A stretch of DNA of 64,000 nucleotides, taken from an uncultured delta proteobacterium. Lineage in GTDB: Bacteria; Desulfobacterota; Desulfobacteria; Desulfobacterales; Desulfatirhabdiaceae. The notes under the pieces were generated by a model, which did not search any database, was not told where the DNA came from, and was given only the letters and a program-made list of their open reading frames with translations. Numbering within the stretch: position 1 is the first letter of the stretch; the number at the start of each line of letters is the position of its first letter. The position numbers and the translations under genes are program-made. Location: positions 32,001 to 96,000 of the forward strand of contig CAWBKP010000012.1 of NCBI GenBank assembly GCA_963789395.1. Direction: 5' to 3'. Of the stretch, positions 42,235 to 54,205 are shown one piece after another.

Positions 42235-42512
42235 ATGGGAGGACACGTCTTCGGAAGGCTTCAAATACCCTTGCCGTTAGCCAAACAGGTGGATTCTCGA
42301 AGTCTATATCTACAGTGCCGAATTTGGGCTAAGAATGCTTTGACAATTGATGCCGTCTGTGAAAATAAGTAGTCCTACAGTACTCTGCTGCAAAAAGGGT
42401 ATAATCCCGGAATCGATGCAGACAGTGTTCAGATCTTAGTGTGCTGTGTGATTGCCAGTCTGCCAGATATCCGGCATTTACAAAAAAATCATAAGATGTG
42501 GGAGGGAAAAGT

Positions 42513-44150
42513 ATGTCAGGCAAACAAAATTCTGTCGTCTTGATGGTGCTCGTTTTCTTGCTGGGTTGTTTTTCAATTACGGACTGCTTTTCCAAAGAAA
42601 TTTCAGCGCAACCGGCTGCACCGTCAGCGGATCTTGAAAAAGCCAAATATGGCGGCACGATTACGGTGGCCTGGAATTTGGCTCCTGCGCATCTGGACGC
42701 CAACAAGTCCACCGGTAGCGAGCACGGCGCTGTCGGCTACAATATTTTTGAAGGCCTTTTCGAGCCCGATGCGCAACAGATCGCCACTCCCCATTTGGCT
42801 GAGAGCTACAAAATCGAGGACGGAGGCAAAACCTATGTGATTAAGCTCCGGCAGGGCGTTAAATTTCATAATGGCAAGGAGATGGTTGCCGAAGACGTGA
42901 TCGCTTCCTTTAATCGCTGGCTGGCCAATAATGGCGGCGGAAAAATGGTCTCTCCCTATTTCGAGAGCATCTCCCAGGGTGGAAGCGCATACGAGGTGAT
43001 CATCAAGCTGAAACAGCTATATGCGCCTTTTTTGAACATCCTTTCCTCAAACGTGGCCAACCAGAAAATGTTCGTCATGCCTAAAAATGCGGTGGAGGCT
43101 GCCGGTGACAAACCCCTGGAGAATCCTGTCGGCACCGGTCCCTATAAACTGGCGGCGTTTATTCCCGACCAATACGCAAAACTGGTTCGTTTTGAAGAAT
43201 ACGCCCCGGTAAAAACCCCGTCCTCTTTCATGGCCGGGGAAAGAAAGGCTTATGCGGATGAAATCATTTATAAATTCATTCCGGAAGAGGCAGTCCGGAT
43301 TGCCGGCGTTCAAAGCGGGGAATTCGATTTTGCCGTTCAGGTTTCAACGGATCAATATAAGGTCCTTGCCGGCGATGCCAATGCGGAGCCGATCATCGTC
43401 CCTGAAAACATGGAGCATTTCTTTATTTTTAACGCGTCACAGCCTCCCTTTGATAATGTCAAAGCCAGGCAGGCACTGAACTATTGCCTCAATATTGACG
43501 TCATGGCCATGGCCACCAGCGGGGATCCGAAATTCTGGATCGTCGATCCCTCCTATATGATCCAGCAAAGCGCCTGGTATACCCCGGGTGTCGGCAAGGG
43601 GGTTTACAATACGGCAGACATTGAAAAAGCCAAGCAGCTCCTGAAGGAATCCGGATATAAAGGAACGCCGATCGTTATCTTGTGCAGTTCCGCAGATACG
43701 GTCTCGGTACAGGCCGCCCAGGTGGCAAAGGCTCAGGCAGAGGCAGCCGGCTTCAAGGTGGATGTTCAGGTTTACGACCGTCCCACAGCGCTGGGGATTC
43801 GCTCAAAAAAAGAAGGTTGGAATATTTTCCCGTCCGCTTTTATCGCCTCCAATCCGGACCCCCAGGTCTTTGGCGCCTGGATGGGCACCAACCGCTGGAT
43901 AACCAACTGGGATGATGCGGATTCCAGGAAAATGGATGCCATATTCGACAGAATGATGGTCGAGATCGATCCTGCCAAACGGCTGGAGATTGTCAGGGAA
44001 TGGAATCAGGAAGTCTACAGAACCCTGCCTTACATCAAGCTGCACAACTACAGCATTCTTCATGCCAAGGCAAAAAAGCTTCAGGGCGTCGAAGCTCAGC
44101 CGAGAATGATGTTCTGGAACACATGGAAAGAAAAAGCGCCGGCAACTTAA
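42513..44150 (+). CDS. Peptide/nickel ABC substrate-binding protein (DppA/OppA family)
   Basis: Signal peptide; LRQGVKFHNG, GTGPYKL, PPFDNVKARQA. Confidence 0.92.
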   Translation: MSGKQNSVVLMVLVFLLGCFSITDCFSKEISAQPAAPSADLEKAKYGGTITVAWNLAPAHLDANKSTGSEHGAVGYNIFEGLFEPDAQQIATPHLAESYKIEDGGKTYVIKLRQGVKFHNGKEMVAEDVIASFNRWLANNGGGKMVSPYFESISQGGSAYEVIIKLKQLYAPFLNILSSNVANQKMFVMPKNAVEAAGDKPLENPVGTGPYKLAAFIPDQYAKLVRFEEYAPVKTPSSFMAGERKAYADEIIYKFIPEEAVRIAGVQSGEFDFAVQVSTDQYKVLAGDANAEPIIVPENMEHFFIFNASQPPFDNVKARQALNYCLNIDVMAMATSGDPKFWIVDPSYMIQQSAWYTPGVGKGVYNTADIEKAKQLLKESGYKGTPIVILCSSADTVSVQAAQVAKAQAEAAGFKVDVQVYDRPTALGIRSKKEGWNIFPSAFIASNPDPQVFGAWMGTNRWITNWDDADSRKMDAIFDRMMVEIDPAKRLEIVREWNQEVYRTLPYIKLHNYSILHAKAKKLQGVEAQPRMMFWNTWKEKAPAT

Positions 44151-44177
44151 CCACATCCATATTTTAACACGGTTGAT

Positions 44178-44214
44178 CGCCGGGGGAACGGCCTGCCGTT
44201 TCCCCGGCGCTTTT
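44178..44214 (+). terminator. Hairpin after the substrate-binding gene
   Basis: CGCCGGGG.AACGG / CCGTTTCCCCGGCG stem + TTTT. Confidence 0.65.
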
Positions 44215-44254
44215 GTAACGCCGCGTTTAAGAATTCCCGGCAGTTGCGTGGAAG

Positions 44255-45210
44255 GTGTCCGCTTTGTTTCATTTTATTATCAGACGGCTGATACTGTTGA
44301 TTCCGGTCCTGCTGGTGGTGGCCGTTGTGGCTTTCCTGACAACCCATATCATGCCGGGAGATCCGGTGATCATGGCGCTTGGCGATTTTGCGCCTCAGGA
44401 ACAGATCGACGCCATGCGGTTGCAACTGGGAATGGATCAGCCTTTTTACGTGCAATTTGCGATCTGGGTGCAGCGTATCTTCCAGGGAGATCTGGGCCAA
44501 TCCCTGTTTTTGAACATGCCGGTGACCCGGGCGATTATCGGCAGAATGGAGCCGACCCTCTTGCTGGCGCTGATCGGCCAAAGCCTGGGTATTTTAATCG
44601 GCGTGCCTTTGGGGATCATGGCTGCGGTCAGACATCGCACCTGGATCGATCAGGGCTCCATCGGTATTTCGCTGATCGGCATTTCGATGCCCAGCTTCTG
44701 GCTGGCCTTGCTGCTGATCATGATCTTCAGCGTCAAGCTGCATATTCTGCCTTCCTCGGGATACGTTCCCATTGGCCGAAGCGGGGTTTGGAGCGATAAA
44801 ATATCTGATTTTGCCGGGCGTCACGCTGGGCTTCATGCAAAGCGCCATCCTTGCCCGGATGACCCGCAGTTCCATGCTGGATATTTTGAACCAGGACTAT
44901 ATCCGAACAGCCAGAGCCAAGGGGCTGGCCGAGAAAACGGTTGTGCTTGCAGCATGCATTGCGCAATGCCTTGATCCCTGTGGTCACTGTCATCGGTTTC
45001 AGCATGGCCGTTTTGTTGGGCGGTACATGGATCGTGGAAACCCTTTTTAATATTCCCGGCACGGGAGCCCTGGCCATTACGGCGATTATGCGGCGCGATT
45101 ATCCCATTATTCAGGGAAGCATGATCTTTACGGCGGGTGTCTATGTACTGGTCAACTTGCTGGTGGATATCAGCTATGCGATCATCAATCCCCGCATCCA
45201 GTATTGTTAA
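44255..45210 (+). CDS. DppB-like permease, apparent frameshifts near 44771 and 44947
   Basis: MPGDP, GDLGQS, SMPSFW, DYIRTARAKGL, HALRNALIP, RDYP across three frames. Confidence 0.85.
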
Positions 45211-45219
45211 GGAGGCGCC

Positions 45220-46061
45220 CTGGATCGTTTCAAGAAAACGGTCGGCAGAGATCGGCAGGAACCGCTATATGACCATCGGCGGCGCTCTCGATTCTTGTTT
45301 TTGTTTCCCTGGCCCTGTTTGCCCCATGGCTGTCCCGTTTCGATCCATTGGCCATCGATCCCGTCAACCGTCTGCATCCGCCGTCTTCCGTGCACTGGAT
45401 GGGCACCGATGATCTTGGGACGGGATATTTACAGCCGTGTGGTGTTCGGGTCCCGGACCTCTATCCAGATCGGCTTTCTGGTGGTGTTTCTATCCACTGC
45501 TCTGGGAATTATCGTCGGTCTGACTGCCGGTTATTTCAAAAAGGTGGATGCCGTCGTGATGCGGATTCTGGATGGCTTGATGGCTTTTCCGGATATCATT
45601 ATCGCCGTTACCCTGGCTGCAATCTGGGGTTCCGGCAAGTTACACGCTGGTTCTGGCCATGGTCACCGCTTATTTTCCGCGAATGACCCGAACGGTTCGG
45701 GCGGCAGCCATCAGCGTCTGCGATCTGGAATATGTGGAATCGGCAAAAGCCATTGGCTGCACCAGCCTGTACATCATCCGAAAATACATTTTGCCAAACA
45801 GCTTGTCTCCCATTGTAGTCCAGGCTGCCTTCATCTTTGCGGCCGCGGTGTTAAGCGAAGCGGCGCTTGAGCTTTCTGGGCGTCGGCATCAAGCCGCCCA
45901 CTCCCACCTGGGGAGGGATGGTCAGCCAGGGACGGACCTATATCCTCATCGCCCCCTGGGTGATCGTTTTCCCCGGCATTGCCATCGCCATGGTTGTTCT
46001 GGGACTGAATCTTCTGGGGGACGGCTTGCGGGACCATATGGATCCCCGCTTAAAGAGATAA
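45220..46061 (+). CDS. DppC-like permease, several apparent frameshifts
   Basis: HWMGTDDLG/RDIYSR, YVESAKAIG, LPN, SFLGVG..PP.PTWG, NLLGDGLRD; start approximate. Confidence 0.8.
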
Positions 46062-46090
46062 GGCTTTTTATGGGTGTCGCATCGGATACG

Positions 46091-47060
46091 ATGGAAAAGC
46101 TGTTGCAGGTTACGGACCTGAAAACATATTTTTACACCCGTGACGGAGATGTGCCGGCCGTGGACGGCGTTTCCTTTGACATCCATACAGGGGAGACAGT
46201 GGGCCTGGTCGGGGAGTCGGGAAGCGGTAAAAGCATCACCGCCTTAAGCCTGCTGCGCTTGATTCCGGATCCTCCCGGAAAAATCGTTTCCGGACAGATA
46301 TGCTATGCCGGAGAGAATCTTCTGGAAAAAACAGATGCCGAGATGCGAAAAATTCGCGGCAATAAAATCTCCATGATCTTTCAGGAGCCGATGACGTCGT
46401 TAAATCCGGTTTATTCCATTGGCTATCAGATCCGGGAAGTCTTGAAACTGCATCAGGGGTTGGCCAAAAAAGCGGCGCGTGAAAAAGCGATCCAGTTGCT
46501 GCAATCCGTTGGGTTTTGCCATGCCGGAGAAGCGTGTGGATCATTATCCGCATCAGCTCTCCGGCGGCATGAGACAGCGCGCCATGATCGCCATGGCGCT
46601 TTCCTGCCGGCCGGGGCTTTTGATTGCCGATGAGCCGACCACGGCCCTGGACATGACCATTCAGGCCCAGATTCTGGATATCATGAAAGCGCTGCGGGAA
46701 AAGATCCGGATGTCCATTTTGCTGATTACCCATGATCTGGGCGTTGTCTCTGAAATTGCGGACCGGGTAATCGTCATGTATGCCGGCAGAATTGTCGAAA
46801 TGGCCTCTGTGGAAAAGCTTTTTAAAGACCCGATGCATCCATATGCAAAGGGCCTGTTGCAGTCCATGCCCAGTATTCACGGCAGTCAGGACCGGCTCCA
46901 TGTGATCAAAGGATCCATTCCCAGGCCGACGGATTATCCCCAAGGATGCCGCTTCCATCCCCGCTGCGATGACGCCTGGGACATCTGCGCCAGGCAGGAG
47001 CCGGCGCTTGAGAATCTGGATCCGGACAGACAGGTCCGTTGCTGGTTGCACTCCCGGTGA
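46091..47060 (+). CDS. DppD-like ATPase, apparent frameshift near 46515
   Basis: [44 protein letters not shown]. Confidence 0.88.
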
Positions 47061-48070
47061 CGATGCAAAAGGAAAATGGTATGATGGCGACGCAAATCAT
47101 GGGGATGTGATTTTGGAAGTATCCGATCTGGTGAAATATTTTCCCATCACCGGCGGTATATTTTCCCGAACCGTGGGCAATGTCAAGGCAGTTGACGGCG
47201 TCAGCTTTTATGTCCGGCAGGGCGAGACCCTGGGGATCGTCGGTGAGAGCGGCTGCGGCAAATCAACGACGGGCCGGGTGATTTTAAGATTGCTGGAACC
47301 CACCAGCGGCCAGGCTTTCTTTGAAGGCGAAGATATTTTTGCGTTGAAAGGAGAGGCTGTCAGGAAATTGCGCCGCCGGATGCAGATTATTTTTCAAGAT
47401 CCTTATTCTTCTCTGAATCCGAGGATGACGGTGGGTGAACTGGTCGGCGAACCGCTGAAGGTGCATGGCATCCTGAATCGGGCAGATCGAAGGGCCAGGG
47501 TCAACGAACTCCTGGAGCTTGTGGGGCTGAATGCCTATCACCATAATAAATATCCCCATGAATTTTCCGGAGGCCAGCGGCAGCGGGCAGGCATTGCCAG
47601 GGCCCTGGCGTTAAACCCCAAATTGATTGTCTGTGATGAACCCGTTTCCGCCCTGGATGTGTCGATTCAGAGCCAGGTGCTCAATCTGCTGAAAGATCTG
47701 CAGCAGGAATTTCACCTTTCCTATCTGTTCATCTCCCACAATCTGGCGGTTGTCAAGCACATCAGCAACCGGGTGGGGGTGATGTATCTGGGGAAAATGG
47801 TCGAAATGGCGGATACGGATGCGCTTTTCGCTCATCCGCAGCATCCGTATACGAATCTCGCTCTTGTCGGCCATTCCCAATATGGATTCGGTTTCCAGAA
47901 GCGAGCGGATTGTTTTAAAAGGGGATGTGCCCAGCCCGGTTGATGTGCCGCCGGGTTGCCGATTCCATACCCGTTGCCCGTATCAATTCGATCGATGCAG
48001 GATCGATGACCCGTTTTTCAGGGATATCGGCAACGACCATTTTGTGGCCTGTCATCTGATGGACAAATAG
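47057..48070 (+). CDS. DppF-like ATPase, apparent frameshift near 47858
   Basis: [37 protein letters not shown]; start approximate. Confidence 0.88.
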
Positions 48071-48109
48071 ATCATGCTGATTTTGCGGCAACAATCGAGG
48101 AGACGCTTT

Positions 48110-49295
48110 ATGAGAAAACTATTTCGCGGCATGACATTGATCGACGGCAACGGGGGAACGCCTCTGGAAAATGCGGGCATGCTGCTGGAAGATGAAAAAA
48201 TCATCCGTATCGGCAAGGCCACCGATTTTTCGCCGGAAGAAGGAACACAGATCATGGACTGCCGGGGAAAAACCAGTTATTCCCGGCCTGATCAACTGCC
48301 ATGTTCATCTGGTCGCGGAGCCCTACACCTGGGACCGGCAGAAAGACGAATCGGAAACACAGATGGCCTTGCGCGGCGTCAAACACCTGCAGATGCTGCT
48401 GAAATCGGGCGTTACATTCGTCAGGGACCTGGGGGCGGCCCATTGGGTCAATATCAAACTGAAAAAAGCCCTGGAGGATGGCCTGATCACTGGTCCCGGA
48501 CATCCTGGCCGGCGGCAGGCCCTTGTGCATTACCGGCGGGCATGGCTGGTTCTCCATGTCGCGGCAGTGCGACGGCAAGGATGAATTCGTCAAGGGGGCC
48601 AGGGAACAAATCCGGGCAGGCGCCGACCTGCTGAAGGTGATGTCCACGGGAGGCTATGCCCGCCCCAAAATGAAAATCAATCATGACATCATGCCGGATT
48701 CTCCCCAGATGACGGTGGAGGAGATCCAGGCCGTCGTTGCGGAGGCGCATCAGCGGGGCAAAAAAGTAGCTGCCCATTGCAATGGATTGACCGGTGTCCG
48801 GCGGGCGGCTCAGGCCGGAGTTGATTCCATTGAACACGGGCAGTTTAATGATGTCAAAGAAAAAGGTGTTCAGGAAACGCTTGAGATGATGGCAGCAAAA
48901 GGGATTTATCTTGTGCCGACCCTATCGGCTTTTTTTAAGAACTATGACAAGGCAGAGGTGATCGGCGAATATCAGGCGGTGCTGGATAGTTTCACAGCGG
49001 CCATGGCAAGCGGCGTAAAAATCGCCATGGGCAATGACTCCGGCTGCCCGTTTGTCGGACATGAAACAGCGGCCATGGAAATCAGACATATGGTGGATGC
49101 CGGGATGAAGCCCATGGAAGCGATTATGGCATCCAGCAAAGAGGCCGCCGGGCTTTTGGGGATCGACAGCGACTTTGGCACGCTGAGGCAGAAAAATATG
49201 CCGATTTTCTGATTTTAAATGATAATCCGTTGCGGAATATGGACACATTGTCTGACATCGACCAGGTGTACAAAAGAGGCCAGTTGGTCTGCTAA
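48110..49295 (+). CDS. Metal-dependent amidohydrolase (prolidase-like), several apparent frameshifts
   Basis: PGLINCHVH, GVTFVRDLG, GADLLK, AAH, IEHG, MGND; RBS GAGGAG. Confidence 0.85.
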
Positions 49296-49464
49296 ATATA
49301 TGCCGAACAGGCATCGGGATATTCAAACGTTGATACCGCGGGGGGAATTTCGGAGACATTTTACCGGATACCCCGTATGTCAGTGAAGTTGCTCAAGGAC
49401 CAGGCAAGTTCTTCCCTTGATTCCATCGCGCCTTGTTGAATGGTTGTCCGGAAAGTTTTTTTGA

Positions 49465-50940
49465 ATGTCGCTCATCGTCTTTGACAAATTGGATTCAATC
49501 GTTCGCGGGAAAATCGTGCTCAAGGATATTTCCTGGGCGATCGAGCCCGGTCAGAACTGGGTGATTGTCGGACCCAACGGGGCCGGTAAGACCTCCCTTC
49601 TGAATATCATTTGCGGTAAACTCTACTATCGGGGCGATTTTTTCATTGCTGCGGGATTGCGTGACCGCACCAGTTATGTCTCCTTTGATCGGCATGTTGC
49701 ATTGATCCGCAGGGAAGCGGAAAAAGACCATGCCAGACATTTCAGCGGCCGCCTGGATGAAGGCCTTGTTACGCCGGAAAGCCTCCTTCAGGCCTCGGCC
49801 GAGTCAATCGGCAAACCGGGCAGGATTCGGGAAGTCATCGCGCTTCTTGGCATCCGCAGCATTATAAACAGGGAAATCAGGCGGCTTTCCACCGGCGAAA
49901 TGCGGAAACTGCTGATCGCCGATGCCTTGATTAAACAGCCTGAACTGCTCATCCTGGACGAGCCCTATGAAGGATTGGACGCAACATCGGCCCGCTCATT
50001 GATTCGGCTGACCGATCATCTGATGGCGTCCGGCATTCAGGTGCTCCTGGTGACGCACCGGTTTGAAGAAATCCCGTCCCGTATTACCCATGCGCTGTGC
50101 TTAAAAAACGGCACGATCTTCAGGAAAGGCCCGGCAGAAATTCTTCGCGAAAAGCAGCTTGCCACGGACCTCTATCCCGACAAGCGCCCCCCGGCCCAAA
50201 TTATGGAAGAGATCGTAGCGCCTGTCAGCACGGTTTTTGACGATGCGGCACCCACCTTGGTCCGGATGACGGATGTGAGCGTTGTCCATGGGAAGACCAC
50301 CATCCTGGATCACATTGACTGGCAGGTAAACAAGGGGGAAAACTGGTATATCACAGGACCCAACGGGGCCGGAAAGTCCACATTGATCCGCTTGATCACG
50401 GCGGATGAGCCGCAGGCCTATGCGAATGAAATCTATCTGTTCGGCAAAAGACGGGGAACAGGGGAAAGCATCTGGGATATCAAGCAGAAGATCGGTCTGA
50501 TTTCATCGGAGTTTCAGATCCGTTACCAGGGAACCGGGGCGCCGATGACCGCATTTCAGGTTGTCCTGTCCGGCTTTTTCGATTCAATCGGTCTTTTCCG
50601 ACACGCCACGGATGTGCAGCGGCGGATCGCCGGGCAGTGGTTGCGTCGTGTCGGGATGGAAGAATACGGGGAGCGCGCCTTTGCCCGCCTGTCCTACGGC
50701 GAACAGCGCATGGTCCTGATCGTTCGGGCCATGGTCAAGTCTCCGGCCATGCTGATCCTGGATGAGCCATTTGAGGGGCTTGACTATGCCAACCGGCGGA
50801 TGCTTCTGGATCTGATCGACAACATCGGGAAAAGCACGGACACCAGCATTATCTATGTCACGCACCAAAGGGACCGGCTCGATTGCATCACCCACAGAAT
50901 CGAATTCGTCCCCAAAGAAACCGGCGGGTTCGGGTCATAA
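49465..50940 (+). CDS. modF: ModF-like duplicated ABC ATPase
   Basis: Two GPNGAGK motifs, LSTGE, LSYGEQR, RRGTGESIWDIK. Confidence 0.85.
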   Translation: MSLIVFDKLDSIVRGKIVLKDISWAIEPGQNWVIVGPNGAGKTSLLNIICGKLYYRGDFFIAAGLRDRTSYVSFDRHVALIRREAEKDHARHFSGRLDEGLVTPESLLQASAESIGKPGRIREVIALLGIRSIINREIRRLSTGEMRKLLIADALIKQPELLILDEPYEGLDATSARSLIRLTDHLMASGIQVLLVTHRFEEIPSRITHALCLKNGTIFRKGPAEILREKQLATDLYPDKRPPAQIMEEIVAPVSTVFDDAAPTLVRMTDVSVVHGKTTILDHIDWQVNKGENWYITGPNGAGKSTLIRLITADEPQAYANEIYLFGKRRGTGESIWDIKQKIGLISSEFQIRYQGTGAPMTAFQVVLSGFFDSIGLFRHATDVQRRIAGQWLRRVGMEEYGERAFARLSYGEQRMVLIVRAMVKSPAMLILDEPFEGLDYANRRMLLDLIDNIGKSTDTSIIYVTHQRDRLDCITHRIEFVPKETGGFGS

Positions 50941-51057
50941 AGCAGAAGATATAAATTGCATCAGCCGTATGCCCCGACCGGAAAGGTCATGAAGTACAGG
51001 CTGCGTGAAATTTGCCGGAAGTAACTGCCGCAATTCAGGATAGAATAAGGAGAGGTT

Positions 51058-52308
51058 ATGTTTGATTATTTATTGACCAGAGATCAGATCAGCCTGCGGG
51101 ACGAGGTGCGCGAATTCATCAAATGGGTGCCGCGACAGCTTGTTCTGGATATGGATAAGGATGAGATCAAGTTCCCCAAGGAATTTCTCCGGGAGGCGGG
51201 CCGCCGCAACCTGATGGGCTGCCGGTATCCCAGGCAGTGGGGCGGGCGGGGCATGGACTGGGTCAGCACGGGCATGGTCATGGAAGAAATCGGCACCATC
51301 GGCTATGAGCTGGCCTGCGTCTTCGGAGTCGGTGCGGAACTGGTCTGCGATGCCATCATCCGGCATGGAACGGATCAGCAGAAAGAGCGCTACGTCCGGC
51401 CCCTTCTGCGCGGAGATGTTTTTGCCGCGGAATGCCTTACCGAGCCCCGTGGCGGATCGGATTTTTTCGGCGCCACATCAAAGGCCGAGGACAAAGGGGA
51501 TCATTTTCTTCTGAACGGCCAGAAACGCTTTATCGTCGGCGGCGAAGGGGCGGACTATTTTCTGGTTTATGCCAGAACCAATTTTGCGCCGGATGCCAGG
51601 CCCCAGGAATCGATCACGGCCTTTATCGTGGATCGCGGTCCGGGCGTGGACACGAAATATCTCTACAACCTCATGGGCTGCCGGGGCGGGGGAACGGCCC
51701 GTCTTGTTTTCAGCGATGTCGTGGTGCCGAAGGAAAACGTCCTTGGCCGCATCAACGGGGCTTATGACGTGTTCAACACCATGATGATCCCGGAGCGACT
51801 GGGAACGGCCATCATGACCATCGGATCGGCCCGGACGGCCCTTGAAATCGCCACCCATTACACCACCCGGCGCAAGGCTTTCGGCGCGGTGATCAACACC
51901 TTCCAGGGGGTCAGCTTCCAGGTGGCCGAAGCCGCCACGCTGCTGGATGCGGCAAGGGCCATGGGGTACGCCACCTGCCGGGCCGTGGATGCCGGCTGCG
52001 GCATGGACAGAATCCGGCGCATGGTTTCCGAATCCAAGAAATTCATCACCGAATCCTGCCAGAAGATCGTACATAACGCCATGCAGGTTGTCGGCGGCAT
52101 CGGCTACACGAATGTCTTTCCCCTGGAGCGCATCTACCGGGATGTCCGTCTGGCCAGCATCTGGACAGGAACCAGCGAGGTCATGTCCATGATCGTGGCT
52201 CATGAGTGGTATCGGGAATGCAAAAAGGCCCGGGCCGCCAACCTGATGCGGGATTTCGAGGCAGACGCGGAAGAGGCGTTTGCGGAAGAAGAAAAAATTT
52301 ACGAGTAA
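51058..52308 (+). CDS. Acyl-CoA dehydrogenase
   Basis: LTEP.GGSD, LNGQKRFI, RKAFG...FQGV, GGIGY, ERIYRD, GTSEV. Confidence 0.92.
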   Translation: MFDYLLTRDQISLRDEVREFIKWVPRQLVLDMDKDEIKFPKEFLREAGRRNLMGCRYPRQWGGRGMDWVSTGMVMEEIGTIGYELACVFGVGAELVCDAIIRHGTDQQKERYVRPLLRGDVFAAECLTEPRGGSDFFGATSKAEDKGDHFLLNGQKRFIVGGEGADYFLVYARTNFAPDARPQESITAFIVDRGPGVDTKYLYNLMGCRGGGTARLVFSDVVVPKENVLGRINGAYDVFNTMMIPERLGTAIMTIGSARTALEIATHYTTRRKAFGAVINTFQGVSFQVAEAATLLDAARAMGYATCRAVDAGCGMDRIRRMVSESKKFITESCQKIVHNAMQVVGGIGYTNVFPLERIYRDVRLASIWTGTSEVMSMIVAHEWYRECKKARAANLMRDFEADAEEAFAEEEKIYE

Positions 52309-52519
52309 CTGGCACGGCCCCATAAGATGCAGTGATAAATGCTGAACATGCAGCAACGAATCAGGGAATTCTTGCTCAAGTTTGCCAAGGATCGACAGTC
52401 CTGGTGGCGATGGCGTTTCACGGCGAGAAGGCGGAAGGTAATCCGGCCCCGGCAGCACCCAATAAACACTATAAAAGGTATTGCCTGCGTCCAGATCTTA
52501 CTCCCAGAGGGATATCGTC

Positions 52520-53149
52520 ATGGCCAGTAATCCAAAAAAAATTGAAATTGCGGATTCGAACAAAATAAACTCGTTTATGGATTATGCAATGGGAGTTGTT
52601 TGTCTTGTGGCAGCCGGCGCCATTTACTACTACGCGCAACCGCTTACATTTCAAATCGAGCATCCTGATTTTAATCCCGTTGTCTTTCTGATACCGGGAG
52701 CGCTCCTGTATAGTATCTTCTGCTTTTACAATGCAATCAAACGCACGATTCACCAAAGGAAATATGGGCTTTCTGTACTGGTCCTTGAAACTGAACCTCA
52801 GATTGGAACGACAATTACCGGAGTCATCCGGACTTCATTAAACGTAACACCCGATAACACTGTTTTTTACCATCTGATTTGCGTCGACAATTACCTCGAA
52901 AGGTCTCAACGATACCAACGCGACCATGTCCGCTGGGAAGCCAAAGAGCAATTAAACGGAATCAGATCGGAAGCGGCTGGCGGAATACCGGTCAATCTTA
53001 TGGTGCCGACGGATGCGCTTTCGACGCAAAACGACCCAAGAGCGCGGGGCGAAGTTCGATGGATTTTAAAAGTCGACGTTAAGGGTACCCCCTATGGAGC
53101 AATTTTTATCCTGGGGATGAGGGCTGCTATTTCCAAGAAGAAAAAGTAG
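52520..53149 (+). CDS. Hypothetical membrane protein (2 TM + beta-rich domain)
   Basis: Open frame with GAGGG RBS and two hydrophobic segments. Confidence 0.6.
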   Translation: MASNPKKIEIADSNKINSFMDYAMGVVCLVAAGAIYYYAQPLTFQIEHPDFNPVVFLIPGALLYSIFCFYNAIKRTIHQRKYGLSVLVLETEPQIGTTITGVIRTSLNVTPDNTVFYHLICVDNYLERSQRYQRDHVRWEAKEQLNGIRSEAAGGIPVNLMVPTDALSTQNDPRARGEVRWILKVDVKGTPYGAIFILGMRAAISKKKK

Positions 53150-53361
53150 GGCGCTGTCAGCTTTCTTTTGTCGAGATCTCCTTCATCACCAAAGCCACCG
53201 GAGCGCTCTATCTTTTCTACAGCCGCCACCTGGAGCGCCCTTACGCGGCCTTTCTCGCGGAACGTGCCGATACCGAGCTGCGGGGTGCTGCCCGCTATCA
53301 GGCTTGACAATCGACCTGTTTACGGGCTAAATAAAGTCCTATAGAAAAGGAGACTTCCCTC

Positions 53362-53637
53362 ATGAAACTGTCAACACAGATCCGGCCCATCAGCTACTTG
53401 AAAGCCCATGCGGCTGAAATCGTCAGAAACCTTTCCAAACAGCAGCAGCCGCTCGTCATCACCCAGAATGGCGAAGCAAAAGTGATTATACAAGACATTG
53501 AAAGCTACGAGCAAACCCAGCAAACCCTTGCGCTGCTGAAAATTCTGTCACTTGGAATGCGTCAGATTGAGCAAGGCAAGGTGCTGCCCGCTGAGGATGT
53601 GATAACGCGCCTTCACGAGCGACGGGAGGATCGGTGA
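53362..53637 (+). CDS. Phd/YefM family antitoxin
   Basis: IRPISYLKAHAAEIV...PLVITQNGEAK; TTGACA at 53304; overlaps the toxin gene. Confidence 0.92.
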   Translation: MKLSTQIRPISYLKAHAAEIVRNLSKQQQPLVITQNGEAKVIIQDIESYEQTQQTLALLKILSLGMRQIEQGKVLPAEDVITRLHERREDR

Positions 53638-53963
53638 TGCCATTTGCGGTTTTACTGACCATTGATGCCGCACGCGATCTCAACGAGCTTTATGATTACA
53701 TCGCTTTGCATGATTCACATTGTAAAGCGGACAATGTTTTAAAACAGATTGAGAAAACCTTCTCCACGTTATCCGAATTTCCCGAGCGGGGTGTCTATCC
53801 ACAAGAACTGCTCAAGATAGGGATTCGAGAATACCGCGAGATATTTTTCAAACCTTACCGTATCATTTACCGGGTTATGGATCAGAGCGTCTATGTTTTA
53901 CTGATTGTGGATGGCCGTCGTGACATGCAGCTGCTGTTGCAGCGACGATTGTTGGAAGCATAA
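53634..53963 (+). CDS. RelE/ParE family toxin
   Basis: AARDL.ELYDYI, L.EFPERG, KPYRIIYRV, DGRRD. Confidence 0.92.
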   Translation: MMPFAVLLTIDAARDLNELYDYIALHDSHCKADNVLKQIEKTFSTLSEFPERGVYPQELLKIGIREYREIFFKPYRIIYRVMDQSVYVLLIVDGRRDMQLLLQRRLLEA

Positions 53964-54026
53964 GGGGGCGTCGGTCATGAACAAACATCATGACATTGGG
54001 AAAAAACAATTTCAAGGAGGGAGAAC

Positions 54027-54205
54027 ATGAAGCCGGAAATAGGACCGGAACAGCCTGAAATTCCTGAAATGCTGCTGCGTGCGGCCAGGGCCGCCGGATT
54101 TGGCGCCGGGCTTTCGCGGCGCGAGTTTCTCTTTCTTTCCGCCGGCGCCCTTACGCCGCCTTTCTCCAGGAACGTGCCGACACCGGGCTGATGATGAAAT
54201 CCTGA
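54027..54205 (+). pseudogene. Collapsed gene: Tat-type N-terminus joined to a C-terminal remnant
   Basis: RBS AAGGAGG; MKPE...GLSRREFLFLSAG abuts out-of-frame RPYAAFLQERADTGLMMKS*. Confidence 0.5.

Larger units (their letters stand above)
53235..54190 (+). repeat. 46-bp imperfect direct repeat (53235-53280 and 54145-54190)
   Basis: 41/46 identical by manual alignment; encode RPYAAFLAERADTEL / RPYAAFLQERADTGL. Confidence 0.85.

Noticed and set aside
44255..49295. Programmed frameshifting or phase variation in the Dpp operon
   Set aside because: Too many shifts, not at slippery or long homopolymer sites; error is simpler.
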